Assembly: GCA_016784445.1 (NCBI GenBank)
Contig: JADHUR010000001.1
Coordinates: 19,464-83,463 of the forward strand
Direction: 5' to 3'
Length of the DNA: 64,000 nucleotides
From: Patescibacteria group bacterium
GTDB taxonomy: Bacteria > Patescibacteriota > Patescibacteriia > UBA1558
The notes under the pieces are model-generated. The model saw nothing but the letters and a program-made list of their open reading frames with translations. It made no database searches and had not been told where the DNA came from. Of this stretch, positions 1-9,352 are shown in pieces; within the stretch, counting starts at the first letter, position 1, and each line of letters starts with the position of its first letter. Made by a program: the position numbers and the translations under genes.

Positions 1-1143
1 TACAAGATATTTACTTAATTGATGACTCTGTGATTGCCATATAGTAAATATTGATCTGTATTCTGCTGGTATAATATTTAAGTTTACTTTATCTATCTTA
101 GCAGCCACCGTTGAATAGAGATCATTAATTTCATTAATATTTACAGATAATACTATTAATTTATCTGCTAGTGACATATTCTCATCACTGGTAAGTGAAG
201 CAATTGTATTAAGTTTCACGCTAATCTCTGACATCACAGCTCCTATTGCTACAAGATTAAGTCCAGAACCCACTTCAGTGCTATCTAGTGATATCCAAGC
301 TGGAACTTTATCTAATGTATTTGAATAGGAAGCAAGCATTGCTTGAGCACTTGCAAAACTAAATGATGCTTCAGTAAAACTTCCTTCTGCACCCGCCCAA
401 TCTCCTTGCATCATACTGTCTAGGCCCACCTGCCAAGTCCTAGCCGCCTCTTCACTAATACCCATTACTCTACCTTGAACAGTTTTAGCATTATTATATA
501 GTCCAAATCCAAAGTATGGGAGCATTAACATAACTGCAACTATAATAAAAACTAATAAACTACGACTATATTTTAAAACTAAAGAATCTGTTAATAGTTT
601 TCTACTAGATAATATACCATTTCCAATAGACTTTATTCCATAAGCAGATTTTTTGCCCATTGAAATAATAAAATAATTTATAGTAATAAGTGCCAGCTTC
701 AATAATCTAAAAAAACTATATATTAATTGAACAATAGATAATCTATATATATTTGGAAATTCAAAAGAGAATTTAGGCCTTTTAAAGCTAGCTATTTTTT
801 TTAATTTTACTAAAACATTTACGGGCTTCATTGAATCCAGAACAGGCACTTTAGATTTAACAGGTATTGGTGCTACTTCTTCAAGTTCTTTCTGTTTTAA
901 TTTCTTATCCTGAAGATTAAGTAAATGTGGCGAGTGGGTGAAGATTAATTTCTTTTTATGATTAACAAAAAAAGAATCATTAGACTCTGACTGATGAATT
1001 AATCTATCTAGCTCATAATGTGCAAGAACTTTCTTCTTAGCAACAGATGATAGCTCCTCTGCTATTTCTTCATCACCGATACCAAAATCATTATCTATAT
1101 CTAGATCTTTATGTTTTTTCTTAATTTGTTTTTTCTTGACCAT
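1..1143 (-). CDS. Large membrane-anchored protein, probably DUF4012-like (3' end runs off the window; absent from the ORF track)
   Basis: ATG at 1143 (MVKKKQIKKK...); no in-frame stop in the lines I read; charged N-terminus, TM segment (SLLVFIIVAVMLMLPYFGF), then helical region. Family call is recall. Confidence 0.6.
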   Translation of the reverse strand, partial: MVKKKQIKKKHKDLDIDNDFGIGDEEIAEELSSVAKKKVLAHYELDRLIHQSESNDSFFVNHKKKLIFTHSPHLLNLQDKKLKQKELEEVAPIPVKSKVPVLDSMKPVNVLVKLKKIASFKRPKFSFEFPNIYRLSIVQLIYSFFRLLKLALITINYFIISMGKKSAYGIKSIGNGILSSRKLLTDSLVLKYSRSLLVFIIVAVMLMLPYFGFGLYNNAKTVQGRVMGISEEAARTWQVGLDSMMQGDWAGAEGSFTEASFSFASAQAMLASYSNTLDKVPAWISLDSTEVGSGLNLVAIGAVMSEISVKLNTIASLTSDENMSLADKLIVLSVNINEINDLYSTVAAKIDKVNLNIIPAEYRSIFTIWQSQSHQLSKYLV

Positions 1144-1144
1144 T

Positions 1145-2398
1145 TTATGGATTTATATCCAATGTAATAATAATATCTTCGATATCTCCACTAGCTCTTA
1201 ATACAGATAATGTTACTGTACTACCAAGTGGATATTCTTGTAATAGTCTATTTAAGCTTGAACCAGATTCTATAAGTTGATCATTAACTTTTAAAATAAT
1301 ATCTCCACTTACAATCTTAGCTCTGGCTGCTGCTCCATCTTCTACAATCGCATCAATTCCTAACTCTTCATTACCATAAATAAGTGCTCCCTTATTATAT
1401 CCCTGATGAAGATTTGCTGGCAGACCAACTACTTCCGCAAGGTCTATATAATTAGCTCCTAAACTATTATGATTAACCATTGCCTCACTGCTTAGAAAAT
1501 TTCTAACTGTAATCTGAATATTTAAACCACTGAGTGCCATATTATCACCTATAAGTATTCCAATAACATCTCCATTACTATTGGCAAGTGGTGATCCAAT
1601 AAATTCCTGCCCCACGCTATCTTTAATAACTAAATTTAAATCATTTTTATCTGTGCTATGCAGGAAATTATAACTATCTTCAATTAATGTAAAGTCCTTT
1701 GCAATAAGCTTAGTGTGTAACTGAAAAGGCTTATTAAATTTCAAAGTATTTCTAAGTACAAGTAAATTATCTCCAAACTTTACACTATCTGCAGTTCTAA
1801 TTGTAATTGGATTTAAATCTGATTTATCTATCTTCAAAAAAACGAGACCATTATAGCTATCAACTACAAATTCAACGACTTCAAAACCTTGCCTATCATT
1901 AGTAATTATTAAATAATCTTCATTAACATCAGTAATTACTGAATCTGTGGTCACTATCCAACCATCACTAGTTACAATTAGACCATTACCCTGCAAATTA
2001 TCATCTGTATATAATGCATCCCATTCATCTGCAGATGCTGAGTAATTATTAGTATAAATAAGAACAGTTTGATTGCTTAGATTTTGAGTTGTAATATTAT
2101 CAAAACTATTCTTTATATTATCATTTTGCTGGGCCGCAAGATCTAAAATCTCACTAATGCCTGGCCCTGTACTTACATCTGTATAAAGCCAATTTGGCTG
2201 CATCTTAATTTGCCACCAAGAACCAAAAAATCCAGCCATAAGACCAAATAATAAAGAGACAATGACTACTGCTGTCCAATTTAATGCTTGCTGAGGCAAT
2301 CTTATTTCATCTTCTTGTAAATAGATTTCCTTAATTGTTTCTGCTCTTGAATTGTCTGCTTTAGTAGCTTTTGGTTTAGGTTTTTTCTTTAAACTCAT
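1145..2398 (-). CDS. HtrA/DegP-like trypsin-fold + PDZ membrane protein, catalytic triad degenerate
   Basis: N-terminal TM; GNGLIVTSDGWIVT and GSPLANSNGDVIGI trypsin-like motifs; C-terminal PDZ (GDIILKVND). Confidence 0.8.
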   Translation of the reverse strand: MSLKKKPKPKATKADNSRAETIKEIYLQEDEIRLPQQALNWTAVVIVSLLFGLMAGFFGSWWQIKMQPNWLYTDVSTGPGISEILDLAAQQNDNIKNSFDNITTQNLSNQTVLIYTNNYSASADEWDALYTDDNLQGNGLIVTSDGWIVTTDSVITDVNEDYLIITNDRQGFEVVEFVVDSYNGLVFLKIDKSDLNPITIRTADSVKFGDNLLVLRNTLKFNKPFQLHTKLIAKDFTLIEDSYNFLHSTDKNDLNLVIKDSVGQEFIGSPLANSNGDVIGILIGDNMALSGLNIQITVRNFLSSEAMVNHNSLGANYIDLAEVVGLPANLHQGYNKGALIYGNEELGIDAIVEDGAAARAKIVSGDIILKVNDQLIESGSSLNRLLQEYPLGSTVTLSVLRASGDIEDIIITLDINP

Positions 2399-3086
2399 AT
2401 TGCTTTGTTATTTTATGAAATTGCTTATTAATAATATATTTAAATAATATAAATAAATTTGCAGCTACTATTAAACCTTTTAAGTACAGATCTACCGGTA
2501 AATAATAAAGTATATAGAAGACTTCCATTGTTAAGATAATAACTGCTATATCTACAAATATATAATCCATTTTATGTTTATACCCTTGAAGTCTTAATAG
2601 TAATAATGCAATAAGTATAATCATCACAAGGGATACAAACCATAATGCCCAGTTTAGATATAGTACAAAGTTATAGCCAATCACTGACATAAAAAATACT
2701 AAAGCAACTATTAATACCATTTGCAAATTCGTATTAAAATCAAAGGTCTTACCAAGAAAGGGATGATGTCTATCAAATGCTTCATTTAAAATTAAATAAA
2801 GCATTATTGCAAAGAATATTATCATAATTACAAATAAATAATTCTTTGGTAGAAATACAAGGAAAGATAAACCAATAACTTGTGTAAGTAATGGATATAT
2901 CATTTCATATAAAAATACTTTCACATCTCCTGCTTGCCTCGTAATTGAAAATATACTAATAGCAAGAAGTATAATTACAAATCCGCTGCCATAATAAACC
3001 CAATTACTATGAATAAGCCAAGATAAAGCTACAAGAAAATATATTAAAGGAACAAGATATGTAGATAAACGACTCAGTAATACCAT
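2376..3086 (-). CDS. Polytopic membrane protein, unknown function
   Basis: About 8 hydrophobic segments; overlaps the next gene in the operon. Confidence 0.7.
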   Translation of the reverse strand: MVLLSRLSTYLVPLIYFLVALSWLIHSNWVYYGSGFVIILLAISIFSITRQAGDVKVFLYEMIYPLLTQVIGLSFLVFLPKNYLFVIMIIFFAIMLYLILNEAFDRHHPFLGKTFDFNTNLQMVLIVALVFFMSVIGYNFVLYLNWALWFVSLVMIILIALLLLRLQGYKHKMDYIFVDIAVIILTMEVFYILYYLPVDLYLKGLIVAANLFILFKYIINKQFHKITKQYEFKEKT

Positions 3087-3088
3087 TC

Positions 3089-3523
3089 CTATTCAACTAG
3101 GAAATTAAATCTACTAAATAGCCAAATATGCTCAGATTGAAGCTCTTTATAAATACCAATCGCTTCTTCTCTATAACCATTTAAATCTCTACTGAATGCT
3201 AAGACCAATTTTAAATGTAAGTCTTTCATATCAGCTGGTATATGAGCTATGCTCAAAATTTTCTCCCTTATCTCTTTTATGGCATCATCTCTAGTTAAGG
3301 ACTGTAATGCAATCTCTTGCTGATACTCATACAAAATATTACTTAAATCATCTTGATAAGTTTCAAGCATTTCAGTAGGACTTAAAATAACTTTATTATC
3401 TGGAATATTTACAGATAAATTAGCTGGATCATCATAGCTATCATTTTCACCAATAATAATAAAAACTAATACTCCTGTAAGTACTACTAAAATTAGAAAA
3501 AAAGTAAATTTTGTTTTACGCAT
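3089..3523 (-). CDS. Hypothetical protein with N-terminal membrane anchor
   Basis: ORF tightly packed in the operon; N-terminal hydrophobic helix. Confidence 0.65.
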   Translation of the reverse strand: MRKTKFTFFLILVVLTGVLVFIIIGENDSYDDPANLSVNIPDNKVILSPTEMLETYQDDLSNILYEYQQEIALQSLTRDDAIKEIREKILSIAHIPADMKDLHLKLVLAFSRDLNGYREEAIGIYKELQSEHIWLFSRFNFLVE

Positions 3524-3526
3524 AAT

Positions 3527-4267
3527 TTATTGTTTTTTAGTAAATCCCTCAAATGCTCTTAATACTTCAAGAGGCATTGCAAATATAACCGTATTAGATT
3601 GATCAGAGGATAAATCATTAATAGACTGTAATGTTCTTAAATGAAGTGCTCCTGGAGACTTGCCTAATATATCTGCTGCTGCTCCCATATTATCTGCTGC
3701 AATTTTTTCACCTTCTGCTTTAATAATAACTGCTCTCTTTTCTCTCTCTGCTTCTGCTTGCTTTGCAATTGTTCTCTTCATGTCTTCCGGTAAGGAAATA
3801 TCTTTAAGTTCAACATTATCTACCTGTATACCCCAAGGATCAGTTGCTTTATCTACTGCAATCTTAATTCTGTCAGATATTTCATCTCTATTAGATAATA
3901 ATTCATCTAAATCTACTTCACCCACTGTATTTCTCATAGTAGTTTGTGCAAGTTGAGTTATTGCATAATAGAAATTCTCTACCTCAATAATAGCTTTTGC
4001 CGCATCAGATACTTTATAATAAATAACGGCATTAATTTGTGCAGAAATATTATCCTTTGTAATTGTCTCTTGATCCGGAACATCAACAGCTTTTACACGA
4101 ACATCAACTTTTTTCATGGATTGAAAAATTGGTAATACAATTCTCCAACCTGGTTGCATAGTTCCTGAATATTTACCTAAAGTAAACTTAACTCCTCTTT
4201 CATACTGATTGATCTGACGAATACTAATCAGAATAATAAATACTATAATTCCAATAATGTAATACAT
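3527..4267 (-). CDS. SPFH/stomatin (slipin) family protein
   Basis: N-terminal TM, YERGVKFTLG, QETITKDN, AKQAEAEREKRA, ALHLRTLQ. Confidence 0.95.
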   Translation of the reverse strand: MYYIIGIIVFIILISIRQINQYERGVKFTLGKYSGTMQPGWRIVLPIFQSMKKVDVRVKAVDVPDQETITKDNISAQINAVIYYKVSDAAKAIIEVENFYYAITQLAQTTMRNTVGEVDLDELLSNRDEISDRIKIAVDKATDPWGIQVDNVELKDISLPEDMKRTIAKQAEAEREKRAVIIKAEGEKIAADNMGAAADILGKSPGALHLRTLQSINDLSSDQSNTVIFAMPLEVLRAFEGFTKKQ

Positions 4268-4285
4268 AATTCTACTTATTAATAT

Positions 4286-4609
4286 TTAAGCGAAAGCGGC
4301 AGCATCAATTCCCTCCCATTTTTGTTCTGCTGCATTCCATTTATATGCGTTTAAATTACAACTCACTTCATCCTCTGAATAGACATAGTCCACCTTTACA
4401 TCAGACCCTATTCTATTACTAAAACTAGTCTTTTTATCAAGTATCCTAGGTTTAATAACAAACTCTAGTTTCATCAACCCCATAGGACCCTCAAATTCAA
4501 TAATCTCTACCTTGCCAATACCATCAATACCCTCCTTTTCAGACTCATTCTGAATATCAAATTTCTCTTTTGCCATTAACTTTATTTGCTCCCATTTTTC
4601 TAAATTCAT
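4286..4609 (-). CDS. Hypothetical protein (likely start MNLEKW)
   Basis: ORF with extended -10 (TGGTATAAT) upstream; start codon uncertain. Confidence 0.6.
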   Translation of the reverse strand: MNLEKWEQIKLMAKEKFDIQNESEKEGIDGIGKVEIIEFEGPMGLMKLEFVIKPRILDKKTSFSNRIGSDVKVDYVYSEDEVSCNLNAYKWNAAEQKWEGIDAAAFA

Positions 4610-4660
4610 AGGCATTTTAAAAAGATTAAGCACAATTATTATACCACTTTTACCTATTTA

Positions 4661-4690
4661 TTGACAACGATACCTCAACATGGTTAGATT
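4661..4690 (+). promoter_or_regulatory. sigma70-type promoter of orphan unit 1
   Basis: TTGACA (4661-4666), 18 nt, TAGATT (4685-4690). Confidence 0.6.
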
Positions 4691-4727
4691 AAGTACTGAT
4701 CGTTAATATTTAACAAGGGAGGCTAAA

Positions 4728-4952
4728 ATGACCAGATTATTTTATGAGGACATTATAGCCCTCATCAAAACACAAATTGAACATGGACTTTCCATAGTTC
4801 AAGTTGAAAAATTAGGTAATATTCTTTCTGTAGAAGCTACTTCTGTAAATAAAGAAAATATACTATCTTTGTTGCAGGAGATTATAGATAATAAAGCTCC
4901 TGAAGATATTTCTGTCTATTTAAAAAAATTACAAAAGAAAATTGGAGGATAA
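4728..4952 (+). CDS. Small helical orphan protein
   Basis: SD AAGGGAGG 5 nt before ATG; own promoter. Confidence 0.7.
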   Translation: MTRLFYEDIIALIKTQIEHGLSIVQVEKLGNILSVEATSVNKENILSLLQEIIDNKAPEDISVYLKKLQKKIGG

Positions 4953-4953
4953 A

Positions 4954-5215
4954 ATGTCAAAACAAAAACCAACCGCTCATCAAGTAATCCTAGGTAAAAT
5001 TCAAAATGCTGCAAAATCAGCAATGCATTTACCGGAATTTGAAAAAGATTTAAAATTGCTTTGTTCAATTCTGCATGAAATGCATATTCCAAAACAAGCT
5101 GTTCCCAATGTTTGTTTTAATAAAACTTGGAGAACTCTACAGTCAGTATCCGGAAACATCAACTCCTGGAAAATGTATTATGGATCTTATCCTGGATATT
5201 GAAAACAGGAAATAA
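4954..5215 (+). pseudogene. Small helical orphan, frameshifted by a TGTT duplication at 5109-5116
   Basis: SD GGAGG then ATG 4954; removing one TGTT gives ...AVPNVLIKLGELYSQYPETSTPGKCIMDLILDIENRK* ending at 5215, just before the terminator. Confidence 0.6.
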
Positions 5216-5225
5216 AAAATTTAAA

Positions 5226-5261
5226 AAAAGACCGTTGATAATTATCAGCGGTTTTATTTTT
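5226..5261 (+). terminator. Intrinsic terminator
   Basis: ACCGTTGATA-AT-TATCAGCGGT followed by a T-rich tail. Confidence 0.75.
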
Positions 5262-5270
5262 ATAATAATA

Positions 5271-5400
5271 TTAACTTAATAAAACGACCCACAAACCTAC
5301 ATAATTAGTAATAATAACCACAACAGCTATAAGCAAATGTTCAAGAGCAATATGCCATGGTTTATTACCCTACTCTTTAGCTATATAGAAACTAAATCCT
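5271..5400 (-). pseudogene. 3' remnant of a VIT1/CCC1-like membrane protein
   Basis: Reads GFSFYIAKE*GNKPWHIALEHLLIAVVVIITNYVGLWVVLLS*; internal TAG at 5370-5372; no start or 5' part. Confidence 0.55.
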
Positions 5401-5422
5401 TTTTTAATAGATGTACTCATAT

Positions 5423-5842
5423 CTATATAATTTGTTTTAAGAACTCATCAATATATTTAACAGCCTCTTCATAACTCTCATAATCCTTTGTTTTAACATC
5501 CTTACAGCCTCTTACCATAGCAGACAGACGAGTACCTTTTTGCTCCCTATACAGACACAATACTTTCTTTTTATCCATCACTGCTCTACCAATTTCATAA
5601 CCGACACCTAATGAGGGGGTTGTAACTTCTGCTACCATAACATCCGCTTCAAGTAGCCAATTCATATCTCTATTATGTATAAACTCTTCTGTCTTATCTT
5701 TCTCACCCTTTTGTGTTAAATTTCTTTCACCAATATGCTCAGTTAATACTCCACCATATTTCTTTAAATAATTAATTAACTTAATGTATAGATCTACATC
5801 ATTTCTTCCTCCACGAATTGCTCCTGCAAAGTATATTTTCAT
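5423..5842 (-). CDS. Nucleoside 2'-deoxyribosyltransferase / DNPH1(Rcl)-like N-glycosidase
   Basis: KIYFAGAIRGG, RDMNWL, PSLGVGYEIG motifs. Confidence 0.9.
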   Translation of the reverse strand: MKIYFAGAIRGGRNDVDLYIKLINYLKKYGGVLTEHIGERNLTQKGEKDKTEEFIHNRDMNWLLEADVMVAEVTTPSLGVGYEIGRAVMDKKKVLCLYREQKGTRLSAMVRGCKDVKTKDYESYEEAVKYIDEFLKQII

Positions 5843-5847
5843 ATGAT

Positions 5848-6249
5848 TTATTTAATATTTTTTAAATCTCCTTTTAAAATAATAGGTTTCATAGCCTCTA
5901 TCTCATCACTGTATCCAAGATCTGGTACGGGATTCAATATAAATATCTTCTTATCTAAAACATAAGCAAATGCCATCTCAATCAATGTATTACCACCAAC
6001 ATAATTACTAACTCCATGTTTATCTAAATTAATAACTAATATTGCGTCTGCTTTCTTAATTTCTTCAAAATAGACCTTAAATGGATCAATTTCCATTTTT
6101 CGCCATTTATCCTCATCTACTATTTCACCTGAAGCATGTTGTTCAACATCATCTTGAATTATTACTTCATGACCTAATTTCTCCATATCTTCTTTAGCCT
6201 TAATCATTTCCTTTGCAAAGGCCATACTACTACAAATTGCTATTTTCAT
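5848..6249 (-). CDS. NDT-like fold hypothetical protein
   Basis: KIAICSSM...ADAILVIN...GGNTLIEMAFAYVLDKKIF resembles the NDT core. Confidence 0.6.
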   Translation of the reverse strand: MKIAICSSMAFAKEMIKAKEDMEKLGHEVIIQDDVEQHASGEIVDEDKWRKMEIDPFKVYFEEIKKADAILVINLDKHGVSNYVGGNTLIEMAFAYVLDKKIFILNPVPDLGYSDEIEAMKPIILKGDLKNIK

Positions 6250-6253
6250 ATTT

Positions 6254-6706
6254 TTAGTAAATTACTTCATTATTATCTAAATCTCTAAACATTCTCTTAA
6301 TCTTAGTTTTTAACATAACCCCACCCTTATTGTTCATAAAATCCTCAATACCTACTCTATGGCGTAATAATGTATTTAATGGTAGATTCTCTGGTGAAAA
6401 ATATTCAACTTTATCTGCTTCATCTGTTGTTATTAATTTACCACCAACAACCTCACACTCAAAATCAAAACTTATATCTTCAGCATTAGGCTTTGAATAG
6501 ACATTCACCAGCTTCTTAACCTTAACATCTAGGCCCGTCTCCTCTTTAACTTCTCTTACCACCGCATCCCAGGGTGACTCTCCCTTTTCCATGCGTCCAC
6601 CTGGCAAATTCCATTTCATTAAATCATCTCTATGGCAAAGTAAAACTTTACCTTCTTTGTTAGGAATTATAGCAAATCCACCTATTGTTACTTTATTACT
6701 TTTCAT
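6254..6706 (-). CDS. NUDIX hydrolase
   Basis: Nudix box GRMEKGESPWDAVVREVKEETGL. Confidence 0.95.
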   Translation of the reverse strand: MKSNKVTIGGFAIIPNKEGKVLLCHRDDLMKWNLPGGRMEKGESPWDAVVREVKEETGLDVKVKKLVNVYSKPNAEDISFDFECEVVGGKLITTDEADKVEYFSPENLPLNTLLRHRVGIEDFMNNKGGVMLKTKIKRMFRDLDNNEVIY

Positions 6707-6708
6707 GA

Positions 6709-6867
6709 TTAGCTCATGAACTTTCCACGACTAAAACCTAAAACACTACCGCAATGAGGACAAGAATACATTATCTCTTGTTTAATAAACCCCACTCCTT
6801 TAGTTTCTCTCTGAACTGTTTCTAATTTTATTTCCCCTTTACAATGGGGACATTTTGAAGGACTCAT
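6709..6867 (-). CDS. 52-aa zinc-ribbon protein (missed by the ORF track)
   Basis: MSPSKCPHCKGEIKLETVQRETKGVGFIKQEIMYSCPHCGSVLGFSRGKFMS*; fills the operon gap. Confidence 0.8.
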   Translation of the reverse strand: MSPSKCPHCKGEIKLETVQRETKGVGFIKQEIMYSCPHCGSVLGFSRGKFMS

Positions 6868-6877
6868 ATGTTTTAAA

Positions 6878-7138
6878 TTATCTATCTTTATTCTTATTTA
6901 ATTTATGTAAAAATACTTCCTCTAAATCTAGCTTATTTATCCAACATAATTTATTTAATTGCCATAATACATCTGCAATCTCATCTTTAAGCTCTTCTCG
7001 ATCATCTTCGCGAATAGCTTCACAAACCTCCCCGACCTCTTCAACTAAATGCAATACAACTTCAGTCTCATCTTTTGGTAAACAATCTTTAATTGTCATC
7101 TGCTCCATTTGAGCAGCTTGTAATTCTGATAGGTTCAT
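6878..7138 (-). CDS. MazG-like nucleotide pyrophosphohydrolase
   Basis: LVEEVGEVCEAI...DEIADVL motif. Confidence 0.9.
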   Translation of the reverse strand: MNLSELQAAQMEQMTIKDCLPKDETEVVLHLVEEVGEVCEAIREDDREELKDEIADVLWQLNKLCWINKLDLEEVFLHKLNKNKDR

Positions 7139-7139
7139 A

Positions 7140-7478
7140 TTATTTATCTACTTTTTTAATTCTCTTAATTACAGCATCTTGAAATATTCGAAAAGCATGT
7201 CGTTTTTCTTTCACATAAATATAAGGCATGCCTATGATGAAACCACACTTATTACATTTTAAAACCTTCACATCTTTTATATTCTTCTTTTGTAAATCAA
7301 CTAATTTATCTGGACTCAATATTCTATCCATATACATTCTTCGCAAATTTCCAGGACCATCCTTTTGATACACAGCTACAATATTCTCACACTTACGGCA
7401 CATAATATTAAGTAAACGAGAATATCCACCCCTCGCCGATTTATACTTATCTTTCTTTATTGCTATCGATTTTTTCAT
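7140..7478 (-). CDS. Basic protein with two CxxC motifs (putative Zn-binding)
   Basis: CRKC...YQKDGPGNLRRMYMDRI...CNKC. Confidence 0.7.
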   Translation of the reverse strand: MKKSIAIKKDKYKSARGGYSRLLNIMCRKCENIVAVYQKDGPGNLRRMYMDRILSPDKLVDLQKKNIKDVKVLKCNKCGFIIGMPYIYVKEKRHAFRIFQDAVIKRIKKVDK

Positions 7479-7482
7479 AGCT

Positions 7483-8724
7483 TTAATCTAAATATTTTTT
7501 ATTCTTAAGCTTCTCCGGTAAATATGTCTGATCTTCTTTATAATCATGATCTGGAGAATATTTATAACCATCACCATAACCTAAGTTTTTCATAAGCTTT
7601 GTAGGCGCATTACGAATATGTAATGGTACTGGCAAATGCATAGTAGCTTTAACATCTTGTTTAACCTTATTATATGCTCTATACAATTCATTACTCTTCT
7701 TACATTTTGCCATATATACAACAGCTTGCGCAAGGGCTAGTTCACACTCAGGCATTCCAATATTATGACAGGCATTATGAGCTGTTACTGCTTGAACAAG
7801 TGCTTGTGAATTAGCCAGGCCAATATCTTCTGATGCAAATCTAATTAATCTCCTGGCTACATATAATGGATTCTCACCAGCCTCTAGCATTCTACTAAGC
7901 CAATATAAAGAAGCATCAGCATCTGAACCACGCATACTCTTATGCAGGGCGGATATAATATTATAATGCTGCTCTCCATCTTTATCATAATATAGATTAC
8001 TATTCTGTATAGCTTGCTCAAAATCGTCTTTAATAATGCTATGTGGTCCTTTTCCCTTAGACTTAGTTAAAACTGCAAACTCGAGTGCATTTAAGGCCAC
8101 ACGGGCATCTCCAGATGCTAGACTAGCTAAATATTTAAGATCTTTTAACTTAATATTCATATCATGCTTTCCTAAGCCATTAACCTTATCTTTTAAAGCT
8201 TTCTTTAATATCTTTACAATATCTTCAATCTGCAGGGGTTCTAATACAAAAACCCTACAACGAGAAAGTAAAGCAGAAATAACTTCAAAGGACGGATTCT
8301 CTGTAGTTGCTCCAATTAAAGTAATTATTCCCCTTTCCACATATGGTAAAAGACCGTCCTGCTGCGCTTTAGTCCAACGATGTATTTCATCTATAAAAAG
8401 TATAGTTTTCTTCTGATGATGCTTTAAATTATCCTGAGCATTAGCAATAACCTGCTGCAAATCTTTCTTACCACTTGAAACAGCAGATAATTGTATAAAT
8501 TCTGAATTTGTCTTATTAGCAATAATAGCAGCCAGTGTTGTTTTACCAGTACCTGGTGGTCCCCAGAATATCATAGATGGTAATTGATCATTAGCAATTG
8601 CTTGCCTTAATATTTTATCCTTAGCTACAATATCTTTTTGACCAAAAAACTGCGTCCAATCATTAGCCCGCATTCTATCTGCCAGTGGTCTTGCTTTTAA
8701 TAAATTGTTATCAAATAAATCCAT
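7483..8724 (-). CDS. rarA: Replication-associated recombination protein A (MgsA)
   Basis: PLADRMR, GPPGTGKT, FIDEIHR, GATTENP, SALHKSMRGSD, ASEDIGLA. Confidence 0.97.
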   Translation of the reverse strand: MDLFDNNLLKARPLADRMRANDWTQFFGQKDIVAKDKILRQAIANDQLPSMIFWGPPGTGKTTLAAIIANKTNSEFIQLSAVSSGKKDLQQVIANAQDNLKHHQKKTILFIDEIHRWTKAQQDGLLPYVERGIITLIGATTENPSFEVISALLSRCRVFVLEPLQIEDIVKILKKALKDKVNGLGKHDMNIKLKDLKYLASLASGDARVALNALEFAVLTKSKGKGPHSIIKDDFEQAIQNSNLYYDKDGEQHYNIISALHKSMRGSDADASLYWLSRMLEAGENPLYVARRLIRFASEDIGLANSQALVQAVTAHNACHNIGMPECELALAQAVVYMAKCKKSNELYRAYNKVKQDVKATMHLPVPLHIRNAPTKLMKNLGYGDGYKYSPDHDYKEDQTYLPEKLKNKKYLD

Positions 8725-8810
8725 ATATCTTTAATTATCGTAGCACAAACATAAAAAAAGTACTATAATATTATTAGGAGGTAATGAACCTTAATAATGG
8801 AGGTGTTATC

Positions 8811-9176
8811 ATGTTACAATTAGTTGGTACAGATCCATTTTTTATGTCTATTGACGAGTTTGATGAGGTAGCAATGAAAGGACTGGATTCATTTCAATCT
8901 GGATTGCTTAAATTAGCGGGCTTTGTCCCTATTCATGAACTGGATCAAGGATCGCAAGATGGCTGGAATTTATTTCAGTCTGCACTACGCAAATCTGCTT
9001 CAAGTTTGCCAAATTTCAGTATTGATGGACGTATGGCCGAGCGCCATACAGTACGTTTTTCTGAATTGTTCAACGATAGACCACTGGGCATTACATTAGA
9101 ACAACAACAGTCAGCTGTTGCTGAACTTATGATATGCTTAGATCCAAAAATTGCATTACAAATAACGCAAGGCTAG
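8811..9176 (+). CDS. Orphan protein (unit 2; alternative start 8784)
   Basis: TATAAT 8764-8769, leader hairpin, SD GGAGGT before ATG 8811. Confidence 0.7.
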   Translation: MLQLVGTDPFFMSIDEFDEVAMKGLDSFQSGLLKLAGFVPIHELDQGSQDGWNLFQSALRKSASSLPNFSIDGRMAERHTVRFSELFNDRPLGITLEQQQSAVAELMICLDPKIALQITQG

Positions 9177-9203
9177 GAGTTTCAATTGAAACATGAAATC
9201 ATT

Positions 9204-9246
9204 CCCCTTAACTAAAGTTTAATACTAAAGTTAGGGGGTTTTTGTT
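9204..9246 (+). terminator. Intrinsic terminator
   Basis: CCCCTTAACT...AGTTAGGGGG + TTTTT. Confidence 0.75.
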
Positions 9247-9261
9247 ATCTTTTACAACCCC

Positions 9262-9290
9262 TTGACAAATCATTAAAAGTATGCTATCAT
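9262..9290 (+). promoter_or_regulatory. sigma70 promoter, unit 3
   Basis: TTGACA, 17 nt, TATCAT with extended TG. Confidence 0.75.
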
Positions 9291-9352
9291 ACTAAGTATT
9301 GATGGTAAATTGACATTAAAATAAACAATAAATAACAACAAGGAGGCATTAT

